From positions 10,664,001 to 10,728,000 of the forward strand of contig JAQFVV010000003.1 of assembly GCA_028023455.1 (NCBI GenBank): a stretch of 64,000 nucleotides of DNA, written 5' to 3'. How positions within the stretch are numbered: the first letter of the stretch is position 1; each line of letters begins with the position of its first letter. Under the pieces are notes generated by a model. It saw only the letters and a program-made list of their open reading frames with translations. It searched no databases and had not been told where the DNA came from. Source of the DNA: Epiperipatus broadwayi (lineage: Eukaryota > Animalia > Onychophora). A program made the position numbers and the translations under genes. Of this stretch, positions 52,034-64,000 are shown in pieces.

Positions 52034-54765
52034 AAAGGCTATAAAGTCATCAGCCAAGGCAGCAGTGGGTAGCTGAAGGGGGAGGATGTTAAGAATCCCT
52101 GACTGCAGATCCAGACTGATGACAACTTTTTATTTAGATACTTACAACTGCAGATTACATTAAAGTGAAGAAAAATTCCAAGAATTGGAAAAACTGTCTC
52201 ATATTAGATAGAACATCTGAAATTAGAAGAAAAGGTGAAGAGATAATTGATTTGAAAAATGGACATGCACTCTACTACAAAGGCACAAGTATTAGAAGTA
52301 CAAGTGGAGTAGGATTCACTAAGAATAAAAAGTGGAAGAACAACATTGTGGAGATTGATGGTGTATTGGGGAGTGGCAAGATTAGTTATTCAACTTATTA
52401 GCAGATATCAAATGCAGATAATTCAGGTTTATGCCCCAATAAGCTCTCATATTGATGAAGTAGTAGAAGATTTTTATATGGATGTACAAAAAAGGCTTTT
52501 GATCAGACTAAACAACATTTTAAAATTGTTATGGGAGACTTTAATGCTAGAATTGGTAAAAAAAAAAAAAGTAAGATGAAAGTGCTGTAGGTAAATTTAG
52601 TTATGGTGATAGAAATGAGAGAGGACATAGACTTGGGAGTTTGCAGAAAAAGAAAAATGGTAGCATTCAAATAAAGATACAGCAGAATTGGATTATATTT
52701 TGAGTAACAGAAAATATATATTTCAATATTGTAATGTTTTTAATAAATTCAACCCAAGAAATGATCATCAATTAGTAAGATATGTGTTAATGCTAAACTA
52801 GAGACAAAAATTATTAAAAAAAACAATATTTTACAATTGATATTCCTCATCTTCAGAAACATTCTAATGAATTTAAATTAGAACTTGCAAATCATTTTCA
52901 AGTATTAGTAGATTTTAAACATGATTCAGATTTGAATAAAGTTAATTGGAAAATAACATACATTTTAAAAAACTGCAACAAAGATAACTGGAAGAAAAAA
53001 GCAATGTTTGGCCAATAAAATTTCTACTGAGATTAGAGAATTTATGAAAAAAAGAAGGAATATGAAGATATATAAAAATTATGCATTAAGAAGGACTGAA
53101 TATCTTGAATTTCATAAAATGATGTGAAAAAGAGTTGATAATGATATAAGAAAGTGTAATTGTGAACTAGCAAGGAAAGCTATAGAAGAAAATAAAAAGT
53201 CTCAAGAGTGGAAAACTACATTTTAGTATTGGTAGGAAACCCATCTGCAATAAAAAAAAAGATGGAACTATTACTAAAAAGAGAGATAACATCATGAAAT
53301 GGGTAGAAGAGTTCTATCACGAATTATATAGTAATAAAGAACAAGTACTGCCCAAGATTTTAAATGAAGAAGTGAGATTTGAAGAAGGGAAAAGCTCCAG
53401 CTAAGGATAGAATTATAATTGATATGTTAAAAGAAGCAAGTGAAAAAATAGAAAAAATTTTGGCAAAGTTATATACCAAATATCTAAATGATAAAGATGT
53501 ACCAGATGAATGGAAGAATGTAGTATTAATATTTAAAAAAGGTGATAAAGAGGATAATTAGAAATTATAGACCTATCAGTCTTATCAGTTTTATACAAAA
53601 TTTTTATCAAAATAATTACAACTCCTCTACAGATATCATTGGATTTCAATCTACCAAAAGAACAAGTTGGATTTAAAAGTGGTTTTAGTACAGTAGATCA
53701 TATCCAAGTATTGAGAGAAGTTAATAGAAAGGATCAATGAATATGAGTTGCCATTATGCTTTGGATTTATAGCTTATAAAAAGGCATTTGATTGTATAAG
53801 TGAAAGCATTGGATCATCAAGGTATACAGGATATTGTCATATTCTGAAGAATATTTATAAAAATGCAACAGCAATAGTTAGATTATATAATTATACTAGT
53901 AAAGTTAACATTAAGATCAGGCTGACTCCATATCTCCAAAACTTACATCAGTGCTACAAGAAGTATTTTGTCAATTAAAATGGGAAGCTAAAGAAATAAA
54001 ACTAAATGGACATTATTTAAATCATTTAGATTTGGCAGATAATGTAGTCGTTTTTGCAAATAATGCTTCAGAGCTTCAGGAAATGTTACAAGAGTTATTA
54101 GATGAAGGTAAGAAAGTAGGACTAAAGGTAAATGTTAAAAAGACTAATGTTCAACGGATTTTTTTCAAAAGATGAAAATAAAGCTTTATAATGATGAGTT
54201 AGAAGAAGTTAATAACTACAACTCTTAATCAGATTATTACTACAGATGGAAACAATGGATGAAATTAATCATAGACTTAAACTTGGTTGGAGTACTTTTG
54301 ATATAAATAAGAGACGTGTTTGAAAAGGAAGGTTTTTAATAAATGTATTTTACTAATTCTTACTTATGAATCCAAGACTTGGACACTTAATAGAAGTCAA
54401 TACAGAGACTTCAAACTACTCAAAGAAGTATGGAGAGATGCATATGAGTAACAAGAAATCAAAAATGCAATGCATGGGTAAGAGAACAAACAGGTGTTAC
54501 TGACATTGTTGAAAGAATTAAAAGGCTGAAGTGAAGTTGTGCTGGATATATTTCTAGAAGAAATAATCATAGATGGACAATTGAAAGCTTAAACTGGATT
54601 CCAAGAGATTGTAAAAGACCTAGAAAGAGATTACACATGAGATGGATAGATAAATAGGAAAGGATATAGGGATGATGTGAAGAGAGGCTAGAGATCAGAG
54701 ATGGATTGAAGTTAAACTTTCATCCTGCAGTGGAGTGACAATGGTTGACAATGATGATGATGACA
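52034..54765 (+). mobile_element. RTE-clade LINE, near full-length and decayed (same family as 8732-11158)
   Basis: APE N-terminus (EIRRKGE...GHALYYKG...GVGF, QVYAP, GDFNARIG) through RT to a (GAT)n tail. Collinear with copy 1. Probable TSD TTATTTC(C/T)T at 52025-52033 and 54766-54774. Confidence 0.93.
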
Positions 54766-57486
54766 TTATTTCTTTCATTCCATAAAAAAGTATTTTCATT
54801 TATGATATAAGAGGCTCATTAAAGTTCATGATGCTGCTCTAAATACTAAGGTTCTAGAATAAATTATGCAAAGATGGTGGCTAGCTAAAGTACTGTTGCT
54901 TAGTTGACATTATAATCAAGCAAAATAGCATTATCAGCATCAGTAATAATTTCCTGTCACCATAGAGTAATTTATTCTGGTATATATTGCTTAACTATTT
55001 CTATTTTTTTTCAGACCAAAAACCCAAATTAGTTTAAAGTAAGTGCTTCTTTTATGCTGTACATTTATTAATTATTTTTCAGTAATTGGATTATTACATT
55101 TCAGTATAATTGATAATCATCAATAATAGATGGCTCTTGTCATTATAACTGGATTAATTTTATATATTATATATACTCTAAAAGGATCTCTGTTGCAATA
55201 GATAGTACAACAAGATGTCATAATCTAAGGTTTGAATTTGGGTGAAACTTGAAAATTTTGAATAGCCACAAATTTCCAAGAAAGATTATCTTTTTTTTTT
55301 CAAGTAAGCAGCCCATTATAAAGTAAATTTTCAGACAGATAAAGTAAAAATGAAAAACTTAAAATTCTTGCCAAACAGCTGATTTGCCATGTCTTCACTG
55401 TTCCTTTTTATGAAGAATGATGGAAGAAACAAAAAAATATAAGATAGATAGAAAAGTCTAGAAGAAAACACAGTTCTTTCTGTGGTTTACTTGGATAAAT
55501 GTTATTAGTGATATACATATAATTATCAAATTTAAATGTAATCCTTTCCATATGTGTTTACTAGAATATATATCTAATTCACATATCTTTATGACTGTGA
55601 AATTTAAACAGAAATAACATCCTTATAAGCCAAGACTAAATAACACTCATATATCATTATACAATAAAAAATAGAATGGATTACCTATTCTTTAAGTTTT
55701 TGGTGGCAATAAATTTTCATTTGCTGATTTTGCTTGAAATAAAGAGTGTATATTATGTATCAGTTTCATTTAAATATAGCATAAATCATTCCGAAACTGC
55801 AACTGAACATATGGATAAAGAATCCATGAATGAGTGTTATTTAACCATAGCTTATGGGGGGTGTTACTTATGAATAAATTTCATATACATTATGCTATGC
55901 ATATATTATATTTAAATTTACAAAGTGACATTTTATTGTTATGTGGTTGTTAAAAATAAGGCATTGTATTTACTCTCTACATGTTAATTGTAATTTCAGA
56001 ATGATTTATGATGTATTTAAATCAAGCTAATTTATACTTTCCATTGCTTATTTCTAGCAATTTCAGCAAAGAAAGTTTATAACCACATAGAGCTTTTAAA
56101 GAAGAAGTGATTCATTGTATTCTTTATTATTTACTAATATATGTGTTACTTCCCATTTAAATTGTATATATATATATATGAAGCTAATTATATTTGATAT
56201 TTACATTTGTAATGTAATATTTCATTAATGTGATATTAGATATGTTTAATTTTAGAATGTTTGGGTTGTATTTAAATCAGGCTAATATTTAATTTCCACT
56301 TTATTTCCAGCAGTTAAAATATAACATCTATCAAAAGTGCAAGGAATAAATGGTCAATTTTATTAACTATTGATATATGAGTGGTATTTATCCATAGCTT
56401 ATGGACGTGTTATTTTTATTTAAAACGAATATATATATATGGGCAGAGATCTGTAAAATATTTGCTTGTCAACATTAATTGCATTCTCTGTTTCTGTCTA
56501 CCAGTTTATCACCTGTAATATATAGTTATTACAATTATTTTCATTATAGCAGTTTAAAATAGCATAATACAAAGATGTGTTACAGTATTTTACAATGGTA
56601 TTTAAAATGCATGCAAGTTAAACATTTATAGCAACAGTAATTTCTATTCTTTTTTGAAATGAAAACAATGATACTATCCACACACATACATACATAACTG
56701 AAACACTTTATTTTGCCCCCCTCCCATAAGTCTAGGTATTAATCAATTTACTCTCTAATTATAGCTCCCCCCCCCCCATCAATTCTTAAGAACTAGCTCA
56801 TAAAATCATCAGTTAACAGAATAGACAAACAAGACCAAATAAATATATAATAGTTTCATCTTTTTAAAAAAAATTTTTTTTTTACTTGTAACAGTTAAAA
56901 TAACTCATTGCAATTATATAAAGAGTTTACGATTTAATTTTATTCAAAAATCATACAATATATTTTAATCAGTATTTAAAAGTTTTACATTTGCAATAAT
57001 ATTTTAATTGCTATAAAGACATCTATATTTAGTCATTCAATGTTTACATGAATGTAGTTCTAGCTTGAGACCCTAAGAATTTGCGATTAAATAGACTAAA
57101 AAATATATTACAAGCTTAACAGGTTTTTCATTCCTTGCTGCATGTATAAGTTATCCCCCCAAAAAAGAAAATCAATCACACTTACTTATAAGCAAAATAT
57201 TTTCAAAAAGATGGTTATCTGGCATTATCATAGCATTATTTCAGATAGTTTCTTGATGCTAAAATAATGCAAATTGCGGAGGATGCACTAGCATCGTGAT
57301 CTAACTGAATTAAATATTTATATTTCAAATAATATTGGCATCAGCATGAGATTCATCAGATTTTTAATGGTACAGTTGGTTGAAGAGTTGGAATAGAATG
57401 AAGTCTGTCCATTAAAGTATGAAGATTTGCTATCTTAATATAAACTGAGCACTGATTATATATGTGTGTGGCAGATGATAATCTGG

Positions 57487-57530
57487 ACCAATTGATGAGT
57501 GCTGATTCGGCACAAAATACATATATTGGT
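57487..57530 (+). ncRNA. Decayed hammerhead motif (same family as 62227)
   Basis: ACCAA TTGATGA GTGC TGATTCG GCAC AAAA TACATAT A TTGGT. Perfect 5-bp helix I; the core changes are transitions (C3U, and G12A at a former CpG). Confidence 0.7.
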
Positions 57531-57565
57531 AATTATTTATCTTTTCTACATGCTTGTGATTATTG

Positions 57566-57626
57566 TGTATCAGTGGTATGAGATAGTGTGGATAGAGGGT
57601 GCTTGAAAGTCTGGGTTCAAATCCCC
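57566..57626 (+). mobile_element. Possible tRNA-derived SINE head
   Basis: A-box-like TCAGTGGTA and B-box GGTTCAAATCC (57614-57624); no cloverleaf can be recovered. Confidence 0.35.
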
Positions 57627-58608
57627 TATATTTACAATTAAGCTCCAGGTATATGAAGGATGCCTGTATTTCAAATATAAAAAAAAAAGGTAAGTGTATG
57701 TTGTTTATAAATTTAAGATATAATAAATAAATGACAAACAATTGCAAACTTCCTAATAATAATAATAATATCATATTTCTTAAATACTTACACTGTTCCT
57801 TTTTTAATAGCAACACATAAAAATGGCTGTTGCAGTTGTTTATAATGTTTATTATATTATCAATCATATCTCTTAACATTAAATACTGTGCAGCTTATGT
57901 GTAGTGATTCTTGCAATTAAGATTTAAAACAGAATTTAGAATTTCCTCATTTATTTAATGCTTAAAACTACATGGCGAAAAGTCTATAGTGAAAAATTAT
58001 AAAAATATGTACATTTAAACATTTTGCAGAATTTCCTTTTCTTATTGTAATTTTCTACTATATATCCAAGATTTGCATCTTTAAAATTGCGCACAAGATA
58101 ATTATGTGTAAATGGCTAAACTTTTGATAATGATATAAAATTTATGTCAATCACTGCATTTCTGATAAATATTGTTGAACACCCTTCAATTCAATAGAAA
58201 GCATGAAGGTTAAATAACATTAAAATAGCTTACTGCAAAAAAAAAAGCTTCCTTCCCTTCCCTTCTTTTATGATTAATAGTGAATATATATTTCGTAAGT
58301 TAAATTATTATTAGCAATCAAACAATGGTTTTTCAATAATATATAAATGATTATAATCAGTGTTTTATTAAATTAGAAATTATATTTCTTTTTATCTTAA
58401 ATATAGACTTTAGATTTAAAAAATATCAGATATTCTATATAATTGTTTACATAGATACTTGATATTCTGCTTTATTAAATTTAAAATCACTTAGCATTAA
58501 AAGAAATATAGTTTCTAATATAATCAGTAAGCAATAATTAATGTACTCATTGAAAAGCATTTGTTGTAAAAAGTGTTTCTTTGAAACAGCATTTACAAAT
58601 TTGTATAA

Positions 58609-58650
58609 GGTAACTGAAGAGATCTAATTTGGTTGAAATATATGTTAGGA
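58609..58650 (+). ncRNA. Possible decayed hammerhead motif
   Basis: CTGAAGA GATC TAATTT GGTT GAAA TATATGT. Core intact and helix II consistent with a decayed GACC/GGTC, but helix I and the cleavage triplet are ambiguous. Confidence 0.45.
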
Positions 58651-61600
58651 CCCTTTAGCAATAACCCCCCCTCCCCATGTCAATAACTACAGTATATATT
58701 TGAAAGTATTAATTGTGATTTCTAGAGATAGAATGCATTATATTGATATAAAAAGTTTATTAAAATTTTACATTATAAATATTGAGATAATAGAATAAAT
58801 TCTTACAGTTGATCATTCATTCTAAATAAATTCACAATTTCATTTATTTTTTATGATGCAAGTTTTACAACACTCGGCTTCTAATAATACAGTAGATTAG
58901 CTAATTGAGAAATATATTTGCACATTATTGGATCAAAACCTAATTGGTCACATGATCTCATGAACACTTAACTGTTGTTTGAAGTCATCATTTTGATATT
59001 TTAACATCTCAATCTTTCAACCAAGTGATTATATGCTAAACAAAAAGCAAATTGAAACAGAAGCCTTGCTATTTTTGTTTCTAGATTATGGCTACTACTG
59101 TAGCTCTATTTCCATATCAAATGATTGGATTTTTTTCTTAATCCTAGAATTGAATCATTAGTCACTTTTGTTCACCAATAAGTTCTAGCACATAAAACAT
59201 ATGATCTGAAAAATATGTAAATTCTAGATCTATAAACAATCTTCAATAGAGAATGTCGTAATTTTTGTTAGGAATTAAATAACCTACTATGGCAAACTAC
59301 CAGTGAAGGTAATCTTATTATTCGAATCCACTGCCAGAAACCCCCATATCTAGCAGATTATTTTACATGTACTAACATATATCATCCTTCTACGTGTGTG
59401 TAATTTTAGATTAGAGTAAAAGCTTTGAAAAATATAAAAAATAGCATTTTACTAACAATCTATTATTTTTATTTTATTATTTTTAGTTTTGTCTCAGTAC
59501 TAATCTAAATGTGATTGAAACAATTATAAGATTTAAATAAGGGATTTTTTTTTCCTCAAATAAAAAGCATTTCAATAATTTTAGTTTTTGTTTCCCTTAA
59601 AAAAAAAAAAAACATTGATTGACCTACATAAAGAATTTGCGTTTAATAAAGATCTAATTAAAATTTAACGTAACTTTAAACACTTTTTGTATTAAGGTAC
59701 TAGAATAAATTGTGTTAAGGATATTGGGAATAGCAAGCAGTCACAAACTCCATCAAGGATGATCTAGTGTTTTTGCATTCTTTTGTCTAGTTAACCTGCC
59801 TTCGGGCCGAAAACTTGCATACAGTAGTAAATTAAAAGTGAAAACAACATCTGTGAGGGAATAGCAAAGCATGGCTTTGGTCAGTAAATGGTATACTCCC
59901 ATTCTCAGAGGGAACCATGACTGAAGGGCTCTGTTTGACCATCTGTTTTCAAACAGCAATTAGTTTTTGACAGTTTTCATAACTAAAGAAGTAAAAATCG
60001 GCAATAATAATACTAAGGTATTGGGGGAGGGGTACTTTTATCTTGATGACAATTGCGAGAATTATGTTTTTTTAATTTTCATCAATATAGATTACGTATT
60101 ATAAATCATATCGCATCTATTTTCTATAGTATTCTTAATGAAATTTAATAAATCACGTGGGAGTAATTTTTTTTTTTTTTAACAAACAAAACCGTACATA
60201 ACTCCGATAGAAAATGGCGAGGGACAATCTGGAGAATTAATTATACGAGAAAATCCTTCCGTTAATTGCAATAAAAAATTTCAACAAGAGAAATTGTAAA
60301 TATAAAATTAAATCCAAATTATTTAATACAGCTAAGTAGTACTTGCTAACGGAAGGTCAACTGACTAGAAAAACGAGGCATAAAAATTGCACTATTTTAA
60401 ATTTCTGCATTACTCTTAAGTGAATAGAACAGTGGTCAGAACTATCTATTGCAGATGAAACAAATGTAAATTAGAGAGATTATATAATATTGTTTTTCTG
60501 AAGGTTTGTGATGATGGTGTTCTAGCTGTATTTTTATATTTGACTATTTCCCTCATCTAATATAAAGGAACATATTAGGATATACTAACCTGTTTGCTGT
60601 GAAAGAAATTATTAACACATAACCCACAATAAGGAAAACCAAAAAAAAACAATTAAAAAAATTTTAAAAATTCAGTGTTTATGGTCTTCTTCCAGTTACT
60701 TTTAGTGAATAGTACATTCGATTGTAATAGCATTTTATTATAAGGCATGTTCATACCTCAAAGGAGAAATTTTCTATCTATGCCACAGATACATTTTTAA
60801 TGAAGTTTTTTTTTTTTTTTTATTTAGTAAAAATAACACTATCTAATTGTTTAGCACCCTGTTTGAAGATTGTGATGCAAGTTTACTTTTATTAGACAGA
60901 GTATACCCCCCCCCCCTTAAGAACTCATTTATTGGTCTGCAAGAGATATTTTATTTACCTTATATCCATTAATTAAGCCAAATCAAATATTCATATAAAT
61001 TAATGGAAATATGTTCTTCAGGAATTACTAATTTTTCTAAGGGCACATCCTATCAAAATAATGTTAATCTTGTCATTTCTTTATACATCATTGATTTAAA
61101 AATTCTGTTTGACTCTAAAGATCAGTGGTGATTTATTTCATAAAGCTATTTGTATTCTTATGAATAATTGCACTTGAAAGTGTTTGTTTATACTTTGTTT
61201 ATGTTGAAATCTATACTATGTTTATTTAATATTTATTATTCTAGCCGTTTTTATTTTAATAAAAGTGAGATCTTTTTTCATTATTGTTTATTCTGTTTTG
61301 CTTTACTTCTAGTTATTTTATTGGTGTTTTTAGTTTTTATTAGCAATGTATATATTGCACAGCATTATTACTAATTATATTATTTGCTTTTATTATCATC
61401 AACTGAGCATCACAATTCCTTTTGACTTATAATTAGTTTGTTTTTAATTAAGCATAAAGTAAATCATTGAACACTAGATGGCAATTAAAACACTCACTTT
61501 ACTGGTTTATAGCTGTTCAGTTTTGGTCAAAAGTAAAGCCCTATCCCAAAAATTTTGAGTGAAAATGCAAATATTTCTTTGCAATGTATTTTCTTAATGC

Positions 61601-61772
61601 TACTTGCACAATTGCATCTAGCATAGAGAAAGGTATTGCTTCTATTTAATATAGCAGCAAAGAACTAACATCAAGACCGTCAAAAAGATGGAGTAATATG
61701 CTAAAGACAATTCATAAAAAATGTCAGTATCATGAGAATTGTTGGTAAGATAATAAAAAATATTGTCATCAA

Positions 61773-61841
61773 GCGTTGGTAGCTGAGAGGTCAGCGCAGT
61801 TGCCTTGCATGCAGACAGTTGTTGCGGGTCGGCCAATTGTC
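61773..61841 (+). mobile_element. tRNA-Gly-derived SINE copy with internal deletions
   Basis: GCGTTGGTAGCTGAGAGGTCAGCGCAGTTGCCTTGCATGCAGACAGTTG...GCGGGT...CGGCCAA. Confidence 0.7.
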
Positions 61842-61849
61842 AATAATAA

Positions 61850-62550
61850 AAGGCAAAATTTGAGATGAAAAGTACATATGGGATTTAAGAAGATTGTGAA
61901 TTAAGGAAGTATTGAGATTATTTAATATATTTTTATAAAGATATTTACACATGGGAAAGAGAAATGAGAATAACTCCATGTGTGTATGTGCTTAATTAAA
62001 ATAAATAAATATATTAATCTCTAATTGAGTTTTAAAGTTTATATCTGTGCTAGAGATAATCTTCAGTTTACTAAATGAATAGTAATAATCATTACTGTAT
62101 TTAAAGTGAATGGTATTAAAGATGTGGGTTGAGTTAGTTTGACACTTGAAATTCAAAATGTAATTATTTAATATAGATAAATATTTTTCATATAATAAGA
62201 GTTATATATGACAGGTGGTAACTTGGATGGACTGATGAGTGCTGGGCATGAAATGCATTTTGGAGGTCATTTATCTTTTATTGTATCTGTATTTTTATGA
62301 ATTTAAAAGAATACGTGGTAGTTTGAGGTTATTTAATATATTTGTAAAGATATTACACGTGGGAAAGAGAAATGTGAATAACTCAATTTGTGTGTGTGTG
62401 TGCTTAATTTAAATAAATCAGATATATTAATCTTTAATTGAGTTTTAAAGTTTATATCTATGTTAGAGACAATCTATAATTTAATAAATTGGTTAGTATT
62501 TATCTAAAGTATGGATTGAGTTAGTTTGACACTTGAAATTCAAAATGTGA
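61850..62550 (+). repeat. Tandem repeat of about 390-410 bp with a hammerhead motif between the repeated segments
   Basis: GGGAAAGAGAAATG at 61953 and 62361; GAGTTAGTTTGACACTTGAAATTCAAAATGT at 62131 and 62518. Confidence 0.85.
62227..62264 (+). ncRNA. Hammerhead motif with intact catalytic core
   Basis: CTGATGA GTGC TGG GCAT GAAA TGCAT T TTGGA. All core bases present and palindromic helix III ATGCAT; helix I poorly paired. Confidence 0.78.
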
Positions 62551-62866
62551 TAAGGAGTAAAACAGTTATCAAAATTAAACAAAGGGAGTAAATCATCCTA
62601 CTCTAGGCTATGAGTTAAAAGCATTCTAAATGTTTAACAAAGAAACAAGAATAGAATGAATCCAGTGATTATTGGTAGCTTTTGACAACATTGTTGGTAA
62701 TTCAGAGTGAAATTAATTTAGCAACCAGATGGCATATGGCACTTAAGAGTTACTAAACTCAAAATTAATTACATAAGGCTGGAGACAGCATCTCACTCTT
62801 AACACCTTGATTGTAGTAATTAAATAAGTTTTAGTATATAAACTTTAAACTAAACATAGCAGTCAA

Positions 62867-62938
62867 GCATTGGTGGCCTAGCAGTTAGCATAGCTGCATT
62901 CCAAGCAACTGGCCCATGTTCGCTTCCCGGTCTATGCT
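62867..62938 (+). pseudogene. tRNA-Gly(TCC) pseudogene
   Basis: 72 nt, GCATTGGTGGCCTAGCAGTTAGCATAGCTGCATTCCAAGCAACTGGCCCATGTTCGCTTCCCGGTCTATGCT. Collinear with eukaryotic tRNA-Gly(TCC); mismatches in the anticodon, T and acceptor stems. Confidence 0.8.
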
Positions 62939-62969
62939 TTGATATATAAAAAAACCTAAACATTGTTCA

Positions 62970-63110
62970 ATGTACTGTAAACAAAGAGAGTAAATCACTC
63001 TCCCCAGGCCATGACAAAGATATGCTTAAAAACAACAGAGCTACCAAAAATAGGTGGATTTGGTCATATTCTGAGAGAGGGTGATTTACTCCCTTTGTTT
63101 ACATATACAT
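62970..63110. mobile_element. Small MITE with imperfect TIRs
   Basis: ATGTACTGTAAACAAAGAGAGTAAATCACTCTC versus the reverse complement of GAGAGGGTGATTTACTCCCTTTGTTTACATATACAT; an extra half-copy lies at about 62576-62605. Confidence 0.75.
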
Positions 63111-64000
63111 ATGTTTAATTTAAAATTAAGTAAGATTTTTATATTAAAAAAAGAAAACAGTTTATTATTTAATGCTTGAACAGAAATAATAGCTACAAAA
63201 GAATATATTTTCTATGTAATAATGTAGTGGATTTGTTTTGCAAATTATTAAAAAAAATGTTCAAAATATTATTCACTTATTACTGCCTGCATGATTTAGT
63301 GTAGTGATAGAGTGGCAAGATCTAAAGCTCAAGACCCATGGATCAGCTGTCACTTTAAGTGCTCAAACTTTTTGTGAATTCCTGAATAATAAACTATTTA
63401 ATAATAAATAAAGGTAATGCATTTATAGAAAGGAGGAGCTATAAATTAAGTGAATATAGTACACAAGAAGTGTTTTTGTGTGGATGGAAAATGGATATTA
63501 GATATTAACTAGATAGTAAAAGTCTTAGGTTAGTCTGAAATGAATAGATGATTATTGATGATTGTAAAAATAAAAAAAATGTATTTGTAAATGTTTCAAT
63601 CTTTACCACTGGTGAGAAAGATGTCATAATCCTAGCATATGATTTTTCTTGTTTAAATTTTGCAATAATCATTAATGTTAATGTAAGTTAAATTGATTCT
63701 ATAAAGTTTAGAATCTTTTAAAACTCATATAAATAATGAGGGGGGGGGGCATCAATCAACTTTTTAAATAACTGTCAATTTTTCCAACTGGAACTGATTA
63801 CAGTTTGATAATGGATTTAACATCAGTTAAACATAAGGAAAAACACTGAGAAATATTTTTTTTGTTTGTTTGTTTATTAATTAATATATCAATGTATATA
63901 ATTTTATGTATAAGTTTAATTAACATATCCTCCTGTTTAACCAATTTTTATCTTCGATCAAATGAATATATGTAAGTGACCTCTAACTCTTCTAACATCA

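Noticed and set aside
52027-52058. Minus-strand CTGATGA...GAAA
   Set aside because: Helix II has only 2 bp; no helix III or helix I.
52000-52095. Possible HDV-like ribozyme at the RTE 5' end (CCCCT/AGGGG, TTCCT, CTGAA)
   Set aside because: No P1 helix could be found, and the probable TSD places CCCCT outside the element.
59690-59830. Minus-strand SFRPEGRLTRQ...AIPNILNTIY, loosely synapsin-like and on the expected side of TIMP
   Set aside because: Two in-frame stops, wrong spacing, no DKPWV and a weak acceptor; only a tblastn with synapsin could rescue it.
96-61979. Most 60-150 aa ORFs in the supplied track
   Set aside because: I/L/F/Y/K/N-rich products expected from AT-rich noncoding DNA, or antisense and off-frame reads of transposons; no motifs.

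Overview
Very AT-rich, CpG-depleted animal DNA, probably arthropod (inferred from repeat content and gene style). It is mostly intronic or intergenic and full of decayed transposons. The only host coding sequence I can support is the first coding exon of a TIMP gene (44031-44154, +): signal peptide, CTC...HPQ...C motif and a phase-1 GT donor; I found no later TIMP exons. Mobile elements: a Penelope-like RT/GIY-YIG 3' fragment, two RTE LINE copies with target-site duplications (TSDs), a CR1/L2-like LINE, two L1/Tx1-like 3' ends, two non-autonomous Gypsy LTR elements (one gag-only, one gag-protease with pol deleted), a pogo/Tigger-like MITE, a TTAA-flanked insert, several hairpin MITEs and a tRNA-Gly-derived SINE family. 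The most notable signal is a set of at least seven minimal type-I hammerhead-ribozyme motifs from about four repeat families. Two families sit in tandem units of about 400 bp (retrozyme-like), and one of these is folded into a palindrome of about 0.9 kb downstream of the TIMP exon. Every copy is damaged in the core or in a helix, so activity is unproven. All alignments and translations were done by eye; no searches were run.
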